Assembly (NCBI GenBank): GCA_022844165.1
Contig: JALHMH010000024.1
Location: 11,157-75,156 of the forward strand
Source of the DNA: Lysobacterales bacterium
GTDB taxonomy: Bacteria > Pseudomonadota > Gammaproteobacteria > Xanthomonadales > SZUA-5
Direction: 5' to 3'
Length of the DNA: 64,000 bases
The position numbers were made by a program, and so were the translations under genes. Of this stretch, positions 27,045 to 37,882 are shown one piece after another. The notes beneath the pieces are model-generated. The model was not told the origin of the DNA. It saw nothing but the letters and a program-made list of their open reading frames with translations, and made no database searches. Position 1 is the stretch's first letter; every line of letters starts with the position of its first letter.

Positions 27045-30000
27045 TCAATCGAGCGGCTTGCCCGGTGCGCCAAAATCGCTCGGCGCGGGCGGCGCACTGA
27101 TCGGTTTGACTGGATTTTTTTCGAGTTCTGCCAGCAGTACCTCGATGGCTTTCTCCAGCGACGGATCGCGGCCTTGCGCAACCAGATGCGGGGTATCAAT
27201 CACTTCGATGTCTGGCGCAACGCCCTCATTTTCGACGGCCCATTCGCCGTCAGGCCCCATGAAGCGGAACGTGGCAGCCGTTGTCGTGCCGCCGTCAGCC
27301 AGACGCGGATTGCCGGAAACGCCGATCAATCCACCCCAAGTCCGTGTGCCGATCAGCGGGCCCAAATTCAGCTGTTTGAAGTAATACGGCAGCGCATCGC
27401 CACCGGATGACGAAAGCCCGTTGATCAACATCGCCTTGGGTCCGCGATGCGATAGAAACGGCTGCGCCTGAGGATCAAGGCCACGGCGCTTCCAGTAATT
27501 GAGCGGCTTGCGCGCCAGGATTTCGATCATGCGATCGGGGATGAAGCCGCCACCGTTGTAGCGGTCGTCGACAATCATCGCCTCCTTGTTGATCTGCGAC
27601 GGGAATTGCTTGAACAACTCGCGGTTGCCTTCGAACAACGTGTTCGGCAAGTGCACATAGCCGATGCGGCCGCCCGAGAGCTTGTCGACCATGGCGCGAC
27701 GTTGTTCAACGAAATCCAGATAGCGCAGCTGGTCTTCGCTGGTTTGTGTCTTGACTCGCACCAGGCGCGAACTGCCGGCATCAGCACGCGAGTTGATGCG
27801 CAAGTCGACAATGCGTGCGGCTTTGTTTTCCAGCAGCTCATAGAAGTTTTTGACCGAACGGGTCGAGACGCCATCAACAGCAATGATGAACTCGCCTGGC
27901 GATACATCGACACCGGCTTCGGTCAGCGGCGAGCGGAACGGTTCGGAGTGGTTCTGGCCCGGGAAAATGCGTTCGATCTTGAAATACCCTGAGCTGTCGG
28001 CGACGATGTCTGCGCCGAGGAATCCGCCGGGTTTGCGCTCCACTTGAGGCTCGTCTCCGCGTTCAACGTAAATGTGCCCCGCATTCAATTCGCCGGCCAT
28101 CTCATTGAGCAAGTAATCGAGGTCCGCCCGGTGCGCCACGTGCGGCAACAGCGCGGCGTACTTCCGGTAAACCGCCTCCCAGTCGTTGCCGTGCATGCCG
28201 GGATCGTAGAACCAGTCGCGCCAGATGCGCCAACCGTCGCGAAGCAACTGGGCCCACTCGACAGGTGGATCGATCTTCAGCATCAGGCGGCTCAAATCAA
28301 GCGTTTTGCTGGCGTCTTGATCTGGCTTGAGTTCGGCGATGCCGAGCTTCTGGTCTTGCGTGGCGAACAGAACTTGTTCGCCGCGCAATGTGTAGTTGGC
28401 AACACCTTTGAGTACGGTCGACTCCTTTTCGTCGGCCAGCGAGTAAAACTTCAGCTCCGCCGGCGCTTGCGCATTGCTCTGAGCAAGGTAAGCCAGGCCG
28501 TTCTTGGTTGCGCTCAGGGCGCGGTAATTGCCAGCGCCCGGTGCGAGCATGACCGCACGCGCATCGAAGCCATCGCGGTCGAATTTGAGCGGCGCTTTCG
28601 CAGCCTCCTTCTTGCTGCCGTTCGGCTCTTCAGGCTTGTCTTTTGCAGCACCAATTTCATCGCTCTTCGGTCGACCCAGAGCGGCGCCATTTTTATCCAG
28701 CGTGGCGGCAAACAAGCGTGTTGCGTTGATATAGAGATAGTTGAACTCATACGCCGAGAACTGCAGGTTGTGCTCACGATCGCTGGTGAAGTACAGATAC
28801 CGACCCTCTGGATCGAAGCTGGGCGAGTCGGCGTTGAACAGTCCATGCGTCAATTGCGCGGTCTGACCGCCAACCGGGTAGTGCCAGAGCCGTGACAAAC
28901 CGGTTGCATCGGTCTTGACGTAGACAATGTGTTGGCTGTCCGGCGAAAACACGTAGGTCGTGATCGCGTTGCCAGTGCTCGCGCGGTCGATGTCGATAGT
29001 GCGACCGCTTTCGATCTCAACGAGCCGTAGCTGGTTGTTCTGATCACCGTAAACGATCCGTTTGCCGTCGGGCGAAATTGTTGGCGGGAAGCGCCAGATG
29101 TTGCCGTCGGTGGTGATCCGTTTGGGCTCGCCGCTGCCATCGGACGCGCGGCTGTACAGCTCATACTCGCCGCTCGCATCGGAGAGGAATACAACGCTCT
29201 TGCCGTCGGGCGTAAAACTCGCCGCGAGCTCACGCGCCCCTGGCGTGCCAGAGATGTTGCGAATTTCGCCATTCCTGGCCGGCACCGTAAACAGCTCGCC
29301 GCGTGCCGAAACCAGCGCACGCTCGGCGCCTGGCGCCAGATCGAATCCTTCGATTTGCGCAGCAACATTTTTGAATGTCGGCAACAGGTGCGGTCGATCT
29401 CCCTGGACCGTGATGGTCACAGGATTGGTGGCGCCGTCGACTGGCGTATGCAGCCACAAACGCCCCGCCTGTTCGAACACGATGGCATCGCGCCCGGCGC
29501 TCGGCCAAAGTACATCGAAGTCGGTAAAGCTGGTGACCCGCGCCACTTCGCCGCCATTCGGCGATGTGCGCCAGAGATTCAAGGTGTACTCACGATCGGA
29601 GGTGAAGTAGATCGCATCGCCGACCCAGGTTGGCTGGTTGTCGGTGCCGCGGTGATTGGTCAGCTGGCGTGATGTGTCGTTTTTGAGATCGTACACCCAC
29701 ACGTCTTGCGCACGACCGCCGCGGGTGCGCTTCCAGGTTCGGAACTCGCGGTCGATCGGTGTGTAGACATAGGCGTTGCCGTCGGGCGACAACATGCCGC
29801 CGCCGGTCTCCGGCACTCGCAGGGGCGTTTCCATGCCGCCTGCGACGGGTACCAGAAACGGTCTGCCAGCACGCTCATCGAGCGGAAAACGGTTCATGCG
29901 CACCAGAATGTTCTGGCCATCGGGTGTCCAATCGAGCACGCGATAGTCAAAGCCGCCTCGCGGTGGCATCGGCCCAACGTCGGTGTAATACGTCAGCTGC

Positions 30001-30284
30001 CGGGGCGGGGCGGAACCGTCAGCGGGCATGACCCACACCTGGCGAGTGCCGGAGTATTCGGCCGAGAACGCGATCTGAGTGCCGTCGGGCGAGAACTTGG
30101 GAAACAGCTCCATACCTGGTCCACTGGTCAGCCGTTGCGCCAGACCACCGCTGCGCGCGACGAGGTACACATCACCCGCGTAGACGAAGGTGATGTGCGT
30201 GTCGGAAACATCGGGGAATCGCAGCAGGCGCGTGTCGGCATGCGCAACGCCAGACAGAGCGAGAACGACAGCAGCGAGTTTCAT
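27045..30284 (-). CDS. tricorn protease-like S41 peptidase, secreted
   Basis: TRLLRFPDVS, PD40 repeats, ELNAGH, PDZ domain, RYNGGG, SSSGGD, GTRTWGG; start MKLAAVV with GGAG RBS. Confidence 0.94.
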   Translation of the reverse strand: MKLAAVVLALSGVAHADTRLLRFPDVSDTHITFVYAGDVYLVARSGGLAQRLTSGPGMELFPKFSPDGTQIAFSAEYSGTRQVWVMPADGSAPPRQLTYYTDVGPMPPRGGFDYRVLDWTPDGQNILVRMNRFPLDERAGRPFLVPVAGGMETPLRVPETGGGMLSPDGNAYVYTPIDREFRTWKRTRGGRAQDVWVYDLKNDTSRQLTNHRGTDNQPTWVGDAIYFTSDREYTLNLWRTSPNGGEVARVTSFTDFDVLWPSAGRDAIVFEQAGRLWLHTPVDGATNPVTITVQGDRPHLLPTFKNVAAQIEGFDLAPGAERALVSARGELFTVPARNGEIRNISGTPGARELAASFTPDGKSVVFLSDASGEYELYSRASDGSGEPKRITTDGNIWRFPPTISPDGKRIVYGDQNNQLRLVEIESGRTIDIDRASTGNAITTYVFSPDSQHIVYVKTDATGLSRLWHYPVGGQTAQLTHGLFNADSPSFDPEGRYLYFTSDREHNLQFSAYEFNYLYINATRLFAATLDKNGAALGRPKSDEIGAAKDKPEEPNGSKKEAAKAPLKFDRDGFDARAVMLAPGAGNYRALSATKNGLAYLAQSNAQAPAELKFYSLADEKESTVLKGVANYTLRGEQVLFATQDQKLGIAELKPDQDASKTLDLSRLMLKIDPPVEWAQLLRDGWRIWRDWFYDPGMHGNDWEAVYRKYAALLPHVAHRADLDYLLNEMAGELNAGHIYVERGDEPQVERKPGGFLGADIVADSSGYFKIERIFPGQNHSEPFRSPLTEAGVDVSPGEFIIAVDGVSTRSVKNFYELLENKAARIVDLRINSRADAGSSRLVRVKTQTSEDQLRYLDFVEQRRAMVDKLSGGRIGYVHLPNTLFEGNRELFKQFPSQINKEAMIVDDRYNGGGFIPDRMIEILARKPLNYWKRRGLDPQAQPFLSHRGPKAMLINGLSSSGGDALPYYFKQLNLGPLIGTRTWGGLIGVSGNPRLADGGTTTAATFRFMGPDGEWAVENEGVAPDIEVIDTPHLVAQGRDPSLEKAIEVLLAELEKNPVKPISAPPAPSDFGAPGKPLD

Positions 30285-30440
30285 GTTGTCTCCGACGGCA
30301 GCAAAACGCGCAAGGATAGGCCGTCCGTCGTGGGTGCGACGTGTGACAAAGGTCACCTTGGAGCATGCAGACCCTGCCCTTTGGTTGCGCTCATCGCGCT
30401 CCTCGGGGCAGGGGGCCAGATTCGACGAAAGCGACTTTGC

Positions 30441-33203
30441 TCAGAAGCTGTAGCGAACCCCAAGTCGATAGCTTCGGCCAAAGTCGATAATGCCGCCCTC
30501 ATCGGCCGGGAATGCGCCGTCGGCATCGCCGCGATAGACGGTCGAGTCGCGACGTTCGTTGATATTGATCACGTCGGCGAAGAGCTGCAACTGGTCGTTG
30601 AAGCTATAGCGAAAATTGAAATCGGTCGAAAACCAGGTGAGCAGGATCTGATCGAATTCCGATTGGCTGCCGATCGTGTCCAGGCTATCGCTGCGGTAGT
30701 TGCCGGAGAGCCGGAGGCTCATACGTTCGTTTTCCCAGCCCAAGGTCAGGTTAGCGATTCGATCCGCCTGATCTGGCAGCGGCAGGTCACTGCCCCGGCC
30801 GATGGCACCGTAGTCCGCGCGGCTGTCGACGAACGTGTAATTGCCCGTGACGAACAGACCGGACAGCAAGCCTGGAGCGTTGTTGAAACTATGATCGAAA
30901 GCCAGCTCGACGCCACGTACGCTCGCGTCAGAACCGTTGACGAATGCCTCAACGCTATCGAATCCGCCCGTGAGACTGCCATTGCCCGGGGTGAAGCCGA
31001 TACGCGCAACATCAGCGCCTACGAGCAGCGAGCGAATGAAGAAGTCGCTGATGTCCTTGTAGAAGAACCCCGCATATAGCAGGGTCTCTTCGCTCGGATA
31101 CCACGCCAGCGAGATATCGGCCTGGCGAGCTGATAGTGGATCAAGGTTGGGGTTGCCACCCGAGTAGCTGCGAAAGTAGGTGCCGTCTTCCAGCTGTCGG
31201 CTCAAAATCTGGGTGGTTGCTGCGCCTTCGTCGAAATTGGGGCGCAGTAAAGCTTCGCTGAGCGAAGCACGCAGCACCAACTGCTCGCTGGCATCGAACC
31301 GCAGATGCAGGCTGGGCAGCACATCGTTGTAGGTCTTGCGGGCGGCCGCAATCGGTCGAATGTTGAGCGTCGTGGCGGCGCCAGGCGCAAACGGGTCCAC
31401 GGTTTCCAGCGCGAAGCCGTCAGTGGTCCACTCGGTGCGTTCGAAACGAACGCCGCCAAACAAGTTGAGGCGGCTGCCTGGCGAAAACGAAAACATGCCG
31501 TAGGCGGCATTGATGTCTTCCTCCACCGCAAAGTCCTCCGCGGCGCTATTGGTGGCGTCAGGCGTCAATCGCGGCAAACCTTGCAGGAACAGGGCACGTG
31601 CGGCATTCGCGTCGGGCTGGAATCCCCAGTTGGGTATCCGTGTGTCTAAGCTCACCAGCGGCAGTTGCGAGAGATTGGTTGCCGGTGCGCCGCCCTCGCC
31701 AACCGGGTTGCCGATGATCTGGTCGCGGTTGACTGTTTTGTCGCGGCGGTGCAGTTTGGCGCCAAACTTGATAAAGCCGTCGCCCTCACCCCATTCCATG
31801 TCGCGCTGCGCATTGAAGGCGGCCTGCAAAATGTCGTCTTCGCGATCCTGGGAGACCAGGCCTACTTCATCGAAGATGTAGTTCGCGGGGTCCGCGGGGT
31901 CGGGCCGCTGCGCATCGCGGCGGGCTGCGCTGATGTTAATCGACTCTTCCGACTGCTGGACATCAATGCGAATGTTGCGCACGCGGAAGCGCCCGGTCAG
32001 CTCATTCGGGATATCGAGCGTATTGCGAGAATTCGCCAGGAAGCCATCCAATAACCAGTTGTCCAGGCGCTTGCTGCCACCTGCCTGCAACAGCGAGGTG
32101 TCTTCGCTGCGCTCGACCAAGGTCAGCTGCTTGCGCAGCTCGACGTCGGTGCCGCCCTGGTATGAACCGGATTGTGGCCCGATCGCGATGGCGCGGTTGT
32201 TGCCTATATTCCAGCGATCGTTCCACGTCGTGTCGTCGCGATCGAAGCGACTGAATATTCCGCGTAGAAAAAACTCGCTTTCGTCCGTGCCCAGCACGTT
32301 GAGGCCGAAAGCCAGGCCGGAACGCTCGCGTTCGCTCTCGGTATATCGATTCTCCACGCGATTGCTGCGCAAGAAGCACCCTGGAGAGGGAGTGCTGCCG
32401 CATTCGCCGCCGATGCGGCTGTACTGAGGCGCATTGCGGTTGCGCACAATGTCGCCGCTCAAGCTGCGATCCTGATAGCTGGCGGCCACCGACAGACCCA
32501 CCAGTGTGCCGCCGGGCCGTTCGAAGCGCTGCGTAAACGCCGCATTGGCATTGGGCGTCACGTCGCCGTTGTAGTCCTGCTGGCCTGCGCCGAGCGTCAG
32601 GCGGCGACTGTTGCCCGCTTCGATGGGGTCGGTTGGCTGCAGATCGACCAGTGCGCCGACGGCGGCGCCATCCAGGTCGGGGGTGATGGTCTTGTACACT
32701 ACCAGCGAGCCGAGCAGGTCGTTTGGCAACACGTCGATCACGGCATCGCGGTCGGTGTCCGAAGTCGCCAGCAAAGCGCCGTTATAGGTCACGGGGTTGA
32801 ACTGAGCGCCCAAGCCACGCACGGTGATCCTGCGGCCCTCGCCGCCGTCTCGATCAATCGATACGCCTGGCACTCGCTGCAGCGCTTCGGCGGGGTTCTC
32901 ATCGGCAAACTGACCGATGTCGTCGCCAGTCACGATGTTTGCGATTGTGCTTTCCTCGCGTTCTTTGGCGCGCGCATTGAGCAGCGCATCGCGCACACCC
33001 TTGACCACCACGGTATCAAGTTCTTCCGCCGATTGCTGAACATCCTGCGCTTGCGCCGAGGCGAACGAAACGAAACTTGCTAGCACCGTTGCCATAGCGA
33101 CACTTAATGGGTGTCTCGCCAAACGAGGTTTGTGGATGCCGCCCTGTTGTCCAGTATGGGTTGCGAAGGTTCTTGTACGGCGGCGGGTTTGGGAAGTGGT
33201 CAT
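30441..33203 (-). CDS. TonB-dependent receptor (Xanthomonas/Caulobacter carbohydrate-uptake type)
   Basis: LDTVVVKG TonB box, D.NPAEALQRVPGVSI.RDGGEGR.ITVRGL, GNPNL.P, C-terminal GRSYRLGVRYSF. Confidence 0.95.
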   Translation of the reverse strand: MTTSQTRRRTRTFATHTGQQGGIHKPRLARHPLSVAMATVLASFVSFASAQAQDVQQSAEELDTVVVKGVRDALLNARAKEREESTIANIVTGDDIGQFADENPAEALQRVPGVSIDRDGGEGRRITVRGLGAQFNPVTYNGALLATSDTDRDAVIDVLPNDLLGSLVVYKTITPDLDGAAVGALVDLQPTDPIEAGNSRRLTLGAGQQDYNGDVTPNANAAFTQRFERPGGTLVGLSVAASYQDRSLSGDIVRNRNAPQYSRIGGECGSTPSPGCFLRSNRVENRYTESERERSGLAFGLNVLGTDESEFFLRGIFSRFDRDDTTWNDRWNIGNNRAIAIGPQSGSYQGGTDVELRKQLTLVERSEDTSLLQAGGSKRLDNWLLDGFLANSRNTLDIPNELTGRFRVRNIRIDVQQSEESINISAARRDAQRPDPADPANYIFDEVGLVSQDREDDILQAAFNAQRDMEWGEGDGFIKFGAKLHRRDKTVNRDQIIGNPVGEGGAPATNLSQLPLVSLDTRIPNWGFQPDANAARALFLQGLPRLTPDATNSAAEDFAVEEDINAAYGMFSFSPGSRLNLFGGVRFERTEWTTDGFALETVDPFAPGAATTLNIRPIAAARKTYNDVLPSLHLRFDASEQLVLRASLSEALLRPNFDEGAATTQILSRQLEDGTYFRSYSGGNPNLDPLSARQADISLAWYPSEETLLYAGFFYKDISDFFIRSLLVGADVARIGFTPGNGSLTGGFDSVEAFVNGSDASVRGVELAFDHSFNNAPGLLSGLFVTGNYTFVDSRADYGAIGRGSDLPLPDQADRIANLTLGWENERMSLRLSGNYRSDSLDTIGSQSEFDQILLTWFSTDFNFRYSFNDQLQLFADVININERRDSTVYRGDADGAFPADEGGIIDFGRSYRLGVRYSF

Positions 33204-33272
33204 ATCGATCCCCTTGGTTCGATGTTGTCAGGAAGCGCTCAAACCAAAATTGGCAATTGGAGCGTTAGCTCT

Positions 33273-33301
33273 AATCTATTGGTATTACCACTCATTGTCA
33301 A
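33273..33301 (-). promoter_or_regulatory. sigma70 promoter TTGACA-N17-TAGATT for the TonB receptor, with a GntR/FadR-type operator in the spacer
   Basis: minus-strand TTGACA at 33301-33296 and TAGATT at 33278-33273; ATTGGTATTACCA at 33278-33290 resembles UxuR/ExuR-type TTGGT..ACCA boxes. Confidence 0.7.
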
Positions 33302-33356
33302 GTGGTTTGGCCTATTTGTGACAATCGAACAGCAGCTGCAATTGCGGTCGGATCGT

Positions 33357-34553
33357 CTACCCTCGCGCAGCGTTGCGCACAGCCTTTTCATCGACCAACA
33401 AGCCAATCCCTGGTGCGTTCGGTACGCGTAAGCGATCGCCCACCAATTCAACTCGGTTCTCGAAAAAGCGCCAGAGCTCGCTCAGGCGTTGCGCCCCGGG
33501 GTGTTCTTGCGGGCGATTCGCAGTGCGGCAACTGGCGAGGTAGTGCGCATGCGCTGCAGTGAGCAGAGTTGGGCGCGCGTTGTGTACGGCGATGTCGCGA
33601 TCGAAAGCTTCGGCCAATGCGGCGATTTTTTTGCCTTCGGTGATGCCACCGTGCACTGCGAGGTCTGGATTGATCACGTCGACGCCGCCGCGAAGGATCA
33701 GATCGCGGAACTGCCAGCGGGTCGCCAGGTACTCGCCTGCCGCGACTTGAAGATCGAGCGCATCGGACACTTGCTTGAGGCCGTCCAGGTTGTACTGCGC
33801 GACCGGGCTCTCGTACACCTGCACATTCAGCTCATCTTGCAGTGCTCGGCCGATGCGTATCGCGCGGCTGACCGAATAACCTTCGCTCGGATCGGCATAG
33901 AGCGTGATCGCATCGCCCACCGCGCGGCGAATCGCGCGCATGCACGGCAGCATCGGATCGTCGCTTGGATCGCGGCCTTCTTCGCGCAAGCCAAGTCGCA
34001 GCTTCACGGTCCGAAATCCCTGCTCGACCAGTTTCATCGCGCGCGCGGCGCACTCGTCGGGTGTCAAGAATCTCCCGTCTCCCGCGTCACGCGAAAACGA
34101 GCCATAACACTCGATTTCGTCGCGATACTTGCCGCCGATCAACGCCCAGACCGGTTTGCCGAGCAACTTGCCCCGTAAATCCCACAGCGCGTTGTCGATA
34201 CCAGAGATCGCGAACGCGGCAATGCCGGAGGGGCCGAGTTCATCGGCTTCCCAATAGAGGCGATCCCACGAGGGTTCGGCGTCAAACACGTCGCGCCCTA
34301 CGATGCGGCCGCCAAGGCGTGTGTTGATCAGTTGCGCAACCGCATCTTCGCCCTCGTGCCCGGCTTCGCCCCAACCTTGGGTGCCATCGTCGGCGATCAC
34401 CTGCACGAAGTTGGCTTTGGGCAAAGTGTATGCGCGAACGCTCTGGATCTTGGCCTGGCCGCGCTCTGCTGCGAACAGTCTCCGAGTTGTCAGTGGCAGC
34501 GTTGCCAGCGCCAGTGTGGCGGCGGCGGACATGAGCCAGTTGCGTCGATTCAT
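33357..34553 (-). CDS. mandelate racemase/muconate lactonizing enzyme family protein with Tat signal
   Basis: MNRRNWL signal, GWGE, SGIDNALWDLRGK, KLR, metal ligands YAD/YESP/AGE. Confidence 0.9.
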   Translation of the reverse strand: MNRRNWLMSAAATLALATLPLTTRRLFAAERGQAKIQSVRAYTLPKANFVQVIADDGTQGWGEAGHEGEDAVAQLINTRLGGRIVGRDVFDAEPSWDRLYWEADELGPSGIAAFAISGIDNALWDLRGKLLGKPVWALIGGKYRDEIECYGSFSRDAGDGRFLTPDECAARAMKLVEQGFRTVKLRLGLREEGRDPSDDPMLPCMRAIRRAVGDAITLYADPSEGYSVSRAIRIGRALQDELNVQVYESPVAQYNLDGLKQVSDALDLQVAAGEYLATRWQFRDLILRGGVDVINPDLAVHGGITEGKKIAALAEAFDRDIAVHNARPTLLTAAHAHYLASCRTANRPQEHPGAQRLSELWRFFENRVELVGDRLRVPNAPGIGLLVDEKAVRNAARG

Positions 34554-34556
34554 GGA

Positions 34557-34919
34557 TCAATCCTCAATCTTCGTTCCGCCAGGAAATGTGAGCGCGCCAA
34601 TGGGAACTTCCGGTTCCAGGCACAGTTGTGCGAAGCGCCCGCTGAGGCGCGCATTTTCCGCACGCAGATCGTGCGGTCATTCGCCAGTCACCCAGCGGGG
34701 CATCAAGCGCAGATGCCCACGCGCGGCGTCGACGCTGACGACACTGCGATGTGCGACGCGTAGATCAACACCAGGCGCGGCATGCCACAACGCGGTGACC
34801 GCGCCCGCTTCGAGCCCAGGACGTTGCCAGTCGATAGCCTCGGTGAGCGCACGCCAACCCACCTTGTCGGCGAGGGCTGCGAGCGGCAACAGCAGGGCGA
34901 GCGGCAGCCAGCGGCTCAT
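34557..34919 (-). pseudogene. probable degraded secreted-protein gene with internal TGA
   Basis: starts by ATGA overlap with the WD40 gene (MSRWLPLALLLPLAALA signal); in-frame TGA at 34677-34679, then the frame stays open to a stop 3 nt before the next ATG. Confidence 0.45.
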
Positions 34920-36004
34920 GGCGCAAACGCTTTGTCTTGTTGCGCACGCACTTCGCGGTGGCGGCGATCGTTGAGATCGGGGTCCTCGCCCATCACGATC
35001 CACAAGCGAATCGCTCCGTCCTGGTGGGCTGAGGCCAGCAGCGCGCCGTTCGGCGAAAAATCCAGGTACTCCATGCCGTCGCCGGCATGCAGCATCAGCG
35101 CTGGGTAAATGCGTTTGCCAGTAAGAATGTCTGCCATGCGCCAGGCACGAATGAAGGGATCGTTGCCGGCGCTAAACAGGTATTGTCCGTCGGCGCTGAA
35201 TTCTATTGTCTCGATCTTGCTGCCGGAGTGGTTGAAGAGCGCCTTCGTTTCGCCATTCGTGGCATCGAACACACGAATGTCGCCACGTTCGTCGCCAATA
35301 GCGATCCACCGTCCGTCGGGCGAGATCTCTCCTGCGATGAAATGCCAATCGCGGTCGCCCTCCAGCCGCAGCTCTGGCCTCAACGACGGCACGCTGTACA
35401 CCGCCGCACGGCCGCGTTCGCCAACGGCCAACAGGCGCTGGTGATCGCGGCTGAAATCGAGGTTGTTGATGGTCTCGCCGAGGTCGACGCGTTCGACCAA
35501 CGTGGCTTCGGGCGCGGCATACAGCCGCACCCATCCTTGGCGCGTCTCACCTTTGCCTGTGTATTCCTCGCCAGTGGCGAAATAACGGCCGTCGTAGGAA
35601 AACGCCAGGGCATCGATGCCATTGTCGTGCGCAATGGACTTGATCTCGCTGCCGTCGGTTGCTCGCAGCAGGCGAACTTGTCGATCCTCGCCGGCCACCG
35701 CCACATAGCTGCCGTCGCGCGCAAAGGCGACGCGCTCGATCTCCAGTTGAAGGTATCGCCGCCACAGCTCCGTCCCGTCGCTGGTGCGCCACAAGATGAT
35801 GCTGTTGTCGAACTTGCTGCCGCTGATCAAGGTACGTCCGTCGGGCGAGAACTCGACGCTCTCAATTGAACCCGCCTCGCCGTTGATATCGGCGATGCGC
35901 GTCCAAACCGGGTTCAGCGCCAGACGTTTGTCGTCGGCGCGTGCGGCGACCGGGGTTTGCGCCTGCGCCAGATTGGCGAGCAGGCAGAGCAGCAAAACTC
36001 TCAT
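34916..36004 (-). CDS. secreted WD40/beta-propeller protein
   Basis: signal peptide, about seven FS.DG repeats. Confidence 0.88.
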   Translation of the reverse strand: MRVLLLCLLANLAQAQTPVAARADDKRLALNPVWTRIADINGEAGSIESVEFSPDGRTLISGSKFDNSIILWRTSDGTELWRRYLQLEIERVAFARDGSYVAVAGEDRQVRLLRATDGSEIKSIAHDNGIDALAFSYDGRYFATGEEYTGKGETRQGWVRLYAAPEATLVERVDLGETINNLDFSRDHQRLLAVGERGRAAVYSVPSLRPELRLEGDRDWHFIAGEISPDGRWIAIGDERGDIRVFDATNGETKALFNHSGSKIETIEFSADGQYLFSAGNDPFIRAWRMADILTGKRIYPALMLHAGDGMEYLDFSPNGALLASAHQDGAIRLWIVMGEDPDLNDRRHREVRAQQDKAFAP

Positions 36005-36050
36005 CGTCGATCTCCCAAGATAGAAGCTCCCAACGCTGCAAACAGGCTTG

Positions 36051-37373
36051 TCAGCGCAGCAGGCCCAGGGCTTGTGGCAACCACAGCGTCAGCGGCGGCC
36101 AGAACGAAACCAGCAACAGCACGCAGACGCTGACGGCAATGATCGGCATCAGCGGGCGCAACATGTCCGACAAACTCACCTTGGCAATACCGGCCGCAAT
36201 GAACAAGGTTGTTCCCGCCGGCGGCGTGACCAAACCCAGGCACAGGTTAAACACCAACACGATGCCGAAGTGGTACTTCATCTGCTCCGGCGTGAGCCCC
36301 ATTTCTGGCGCAACTTGCAACATCAGCGGCAAAAAAATCGGCGTGAAAATCAGCAGTGCCGGCGTGATATCCATGAAGGTGCCTACGATCAGCAGCAGCA
36401 CATTGATCGCCAGCAGCAAGGCCCACGGATGTTCGATCAAAAATGCGAAACTGCGTGCGATCAAGCCCGGCACATCGGCGTAGGCAAAGATCCACGCCAG
36501 GCATACCGAGGTGCCAATCAAGAAGAACACCATGCCGGTCGTCGCGGCCGTTTCTCTCAGGATGCGCGGCAGATCGCCAAGGCGAATTTCGCGGTAGACG
36601 CCGAGCGACAGAACAGCCGCATAGGCCACCGCAATCGCGCTCGATTCGGTGGCGGTAAAGAGGCCACTGACGATGCCGCCCATCACCACGATCAGCAACA
36701 CCACACTCGGTAGCACGCCGAGACTGGCGCGCAGCAGCGCGCGAATGCCCGGAAACGGCAGACGTTCGCCGTAGCCGCCGCGGGCCGACATCACCATCGC
36801 CAACAGCATCAACGCCAGGCCCAGCAACAGCCCCGGCAGGTAACCTGCCACGAACAGCGCGCTGATCGACACGCCGCCGGCGACCACGGCGTAGACCAGC
36901 ATCACGTTCGAAGGTGGAATCAACAGGCCCGTGGTGGCGGCCGTCGCCGTCAGCGCAGCGGCGAAGGGCTTGGGATAACCGTCCTTGGCCATCGCCGGAA
37001 TCATGAAACTGCCGATGCCACTCGCCGCTGCTGCGGCAGAACCGGACACCGAGCCAAACAGCATATTCGCCAGCACGTTGGTCAGCGCCAAACCACCCGG
37101 CAGCGATCCCACGGCGACGCGGGAGAAGTCGATCAGGCGCCGCGCGACGCCGCCGAGCGCCATTAGTTTGCCGGCCAGAATGAACAGCGGTATCGCGATC
37201 AGCGTGAACGAAAACGATGAGGCGGCCAGACGTTGCGCGAGTGTGGTGCTGGCCACATCGGCGGGCAGGCTCAATACCAGCGCCGCGAGCGACGCCAGAC
37301 CGATCGATACCGAGATCGGCACGCGCAACATCAGCAGCAGCACGAACACGCCGGCGAGCAGCATCACCGTCAT
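36051..37373 (-). CDS. dctM: TRAP transporter large permease DctM
   Basis: AIPLFILAG, FGSVSGSA, LIPPS, VTPP.G; start MTVMLL overlaps the dctQ stop. Confidence 0.93.
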   Translation of the reverse strand: MTVMLLAGVFVLLLMLRVPISVSIGLASLAALVLSLPADVASTTLAQRLAASSFSFTLIAIPLFILAGKLMALGGVARRLIDFSRVAVGSLPGGLALTNVLANMLFGSVSGSAAAAASGIGSFMIPAMAKDGYPKPFAAALTATAATTGLLIPPSNVMLVYAVVAGGVSISALFVAGYLPGLLLGLALMLLAMVMSARGGYGERLPFPGIRALLRASLGVLPSVVLLIVVMGGIVSGLFTATESSAIAVAYAAVLSLGVYREIRLGDLPRILRETAATTGMVFFLIGTSVCLAWIFAYADVPGLIARSFAFLIEHPWALLLAINVLLLIVGTFMDITPALLIFTPIFLPLMLQVAPEMGLTPEQMKYHFGIVLVFNLCLGLVTPPAGTTLFIAAGIAKVSLSDMLRPLMPIIAVSVCVLLLVSFWPPLTLWLPQALGLLR

Positions 37374-37882
37374 GTCATGTCTCCCGCCGCATGCTCGGTA
37401 TAAACGCGCTCCATCGCGAACGCGAACATCAGCACACCAGAGAGCGGCACTGCGCCGTAGATCAGCCCCATCGGCCACCCCAGTGCGGGCGTGCGCTGAT
37501 CGAGTGCCAGCGTGATCTGCACCAGCAGCGCGCCGCCGATCACCATCACCAGCGCCAACAGCGCGACGGCGATCCGCGTCGCAAGATCGGCGATACGCCG
37601 CCAGCGCGCGTCGAAACCCTTGTACAGCAGATCGAGACCGATATGCTCGCCACGTCGCAGCGCGTAGGCGGCGCCGAGCAGTGCCGTCCACGACAACAGG
37701 AACGAGGCCAGCTCTTCGGTCCAGGTCGACGGGGTCAGCACGACCGGCCAATCCATGGCAACGATAACGCGATTGGTGAGCCGGCTCGCCACCTGCCAAA
37801 GTACGGTTAACGTCAGCGCCGCCATCAGCGCTGCGCACACTGGCGCCAGCAGGCGCTCCAGAAGTGTATTCAAGCGGCTCAC
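37370..37882 (-). CDS. dctQ: TRAP transporter small permease DctQ
   Basis: WTEELA, LLGAAYA...GEHI..D, four hydrophobic segments. Confidence 0.92.
   Translation of the reverse strand: MSRLNTLLERLLAPVCAALMAALTLTVLWQVASRLTNRVIVAMDWPVVLTPSTWTEELASFLLSWTALLGAAYALRRGEHIGLDLLYKGFDARWRRIADLATRIAVALLALVMVIGGALLVQITLALDQRTPALGWPMGLIYGAVPLSGVLMFAFAMERVYTEHAAGDMT

Noticed and set aside
34677-34679. Selenocysteine or readthrough at the in-frame TGA
   Set aside because: No redox motif context and no clear SECIS; simple pseudogenisation is more likely
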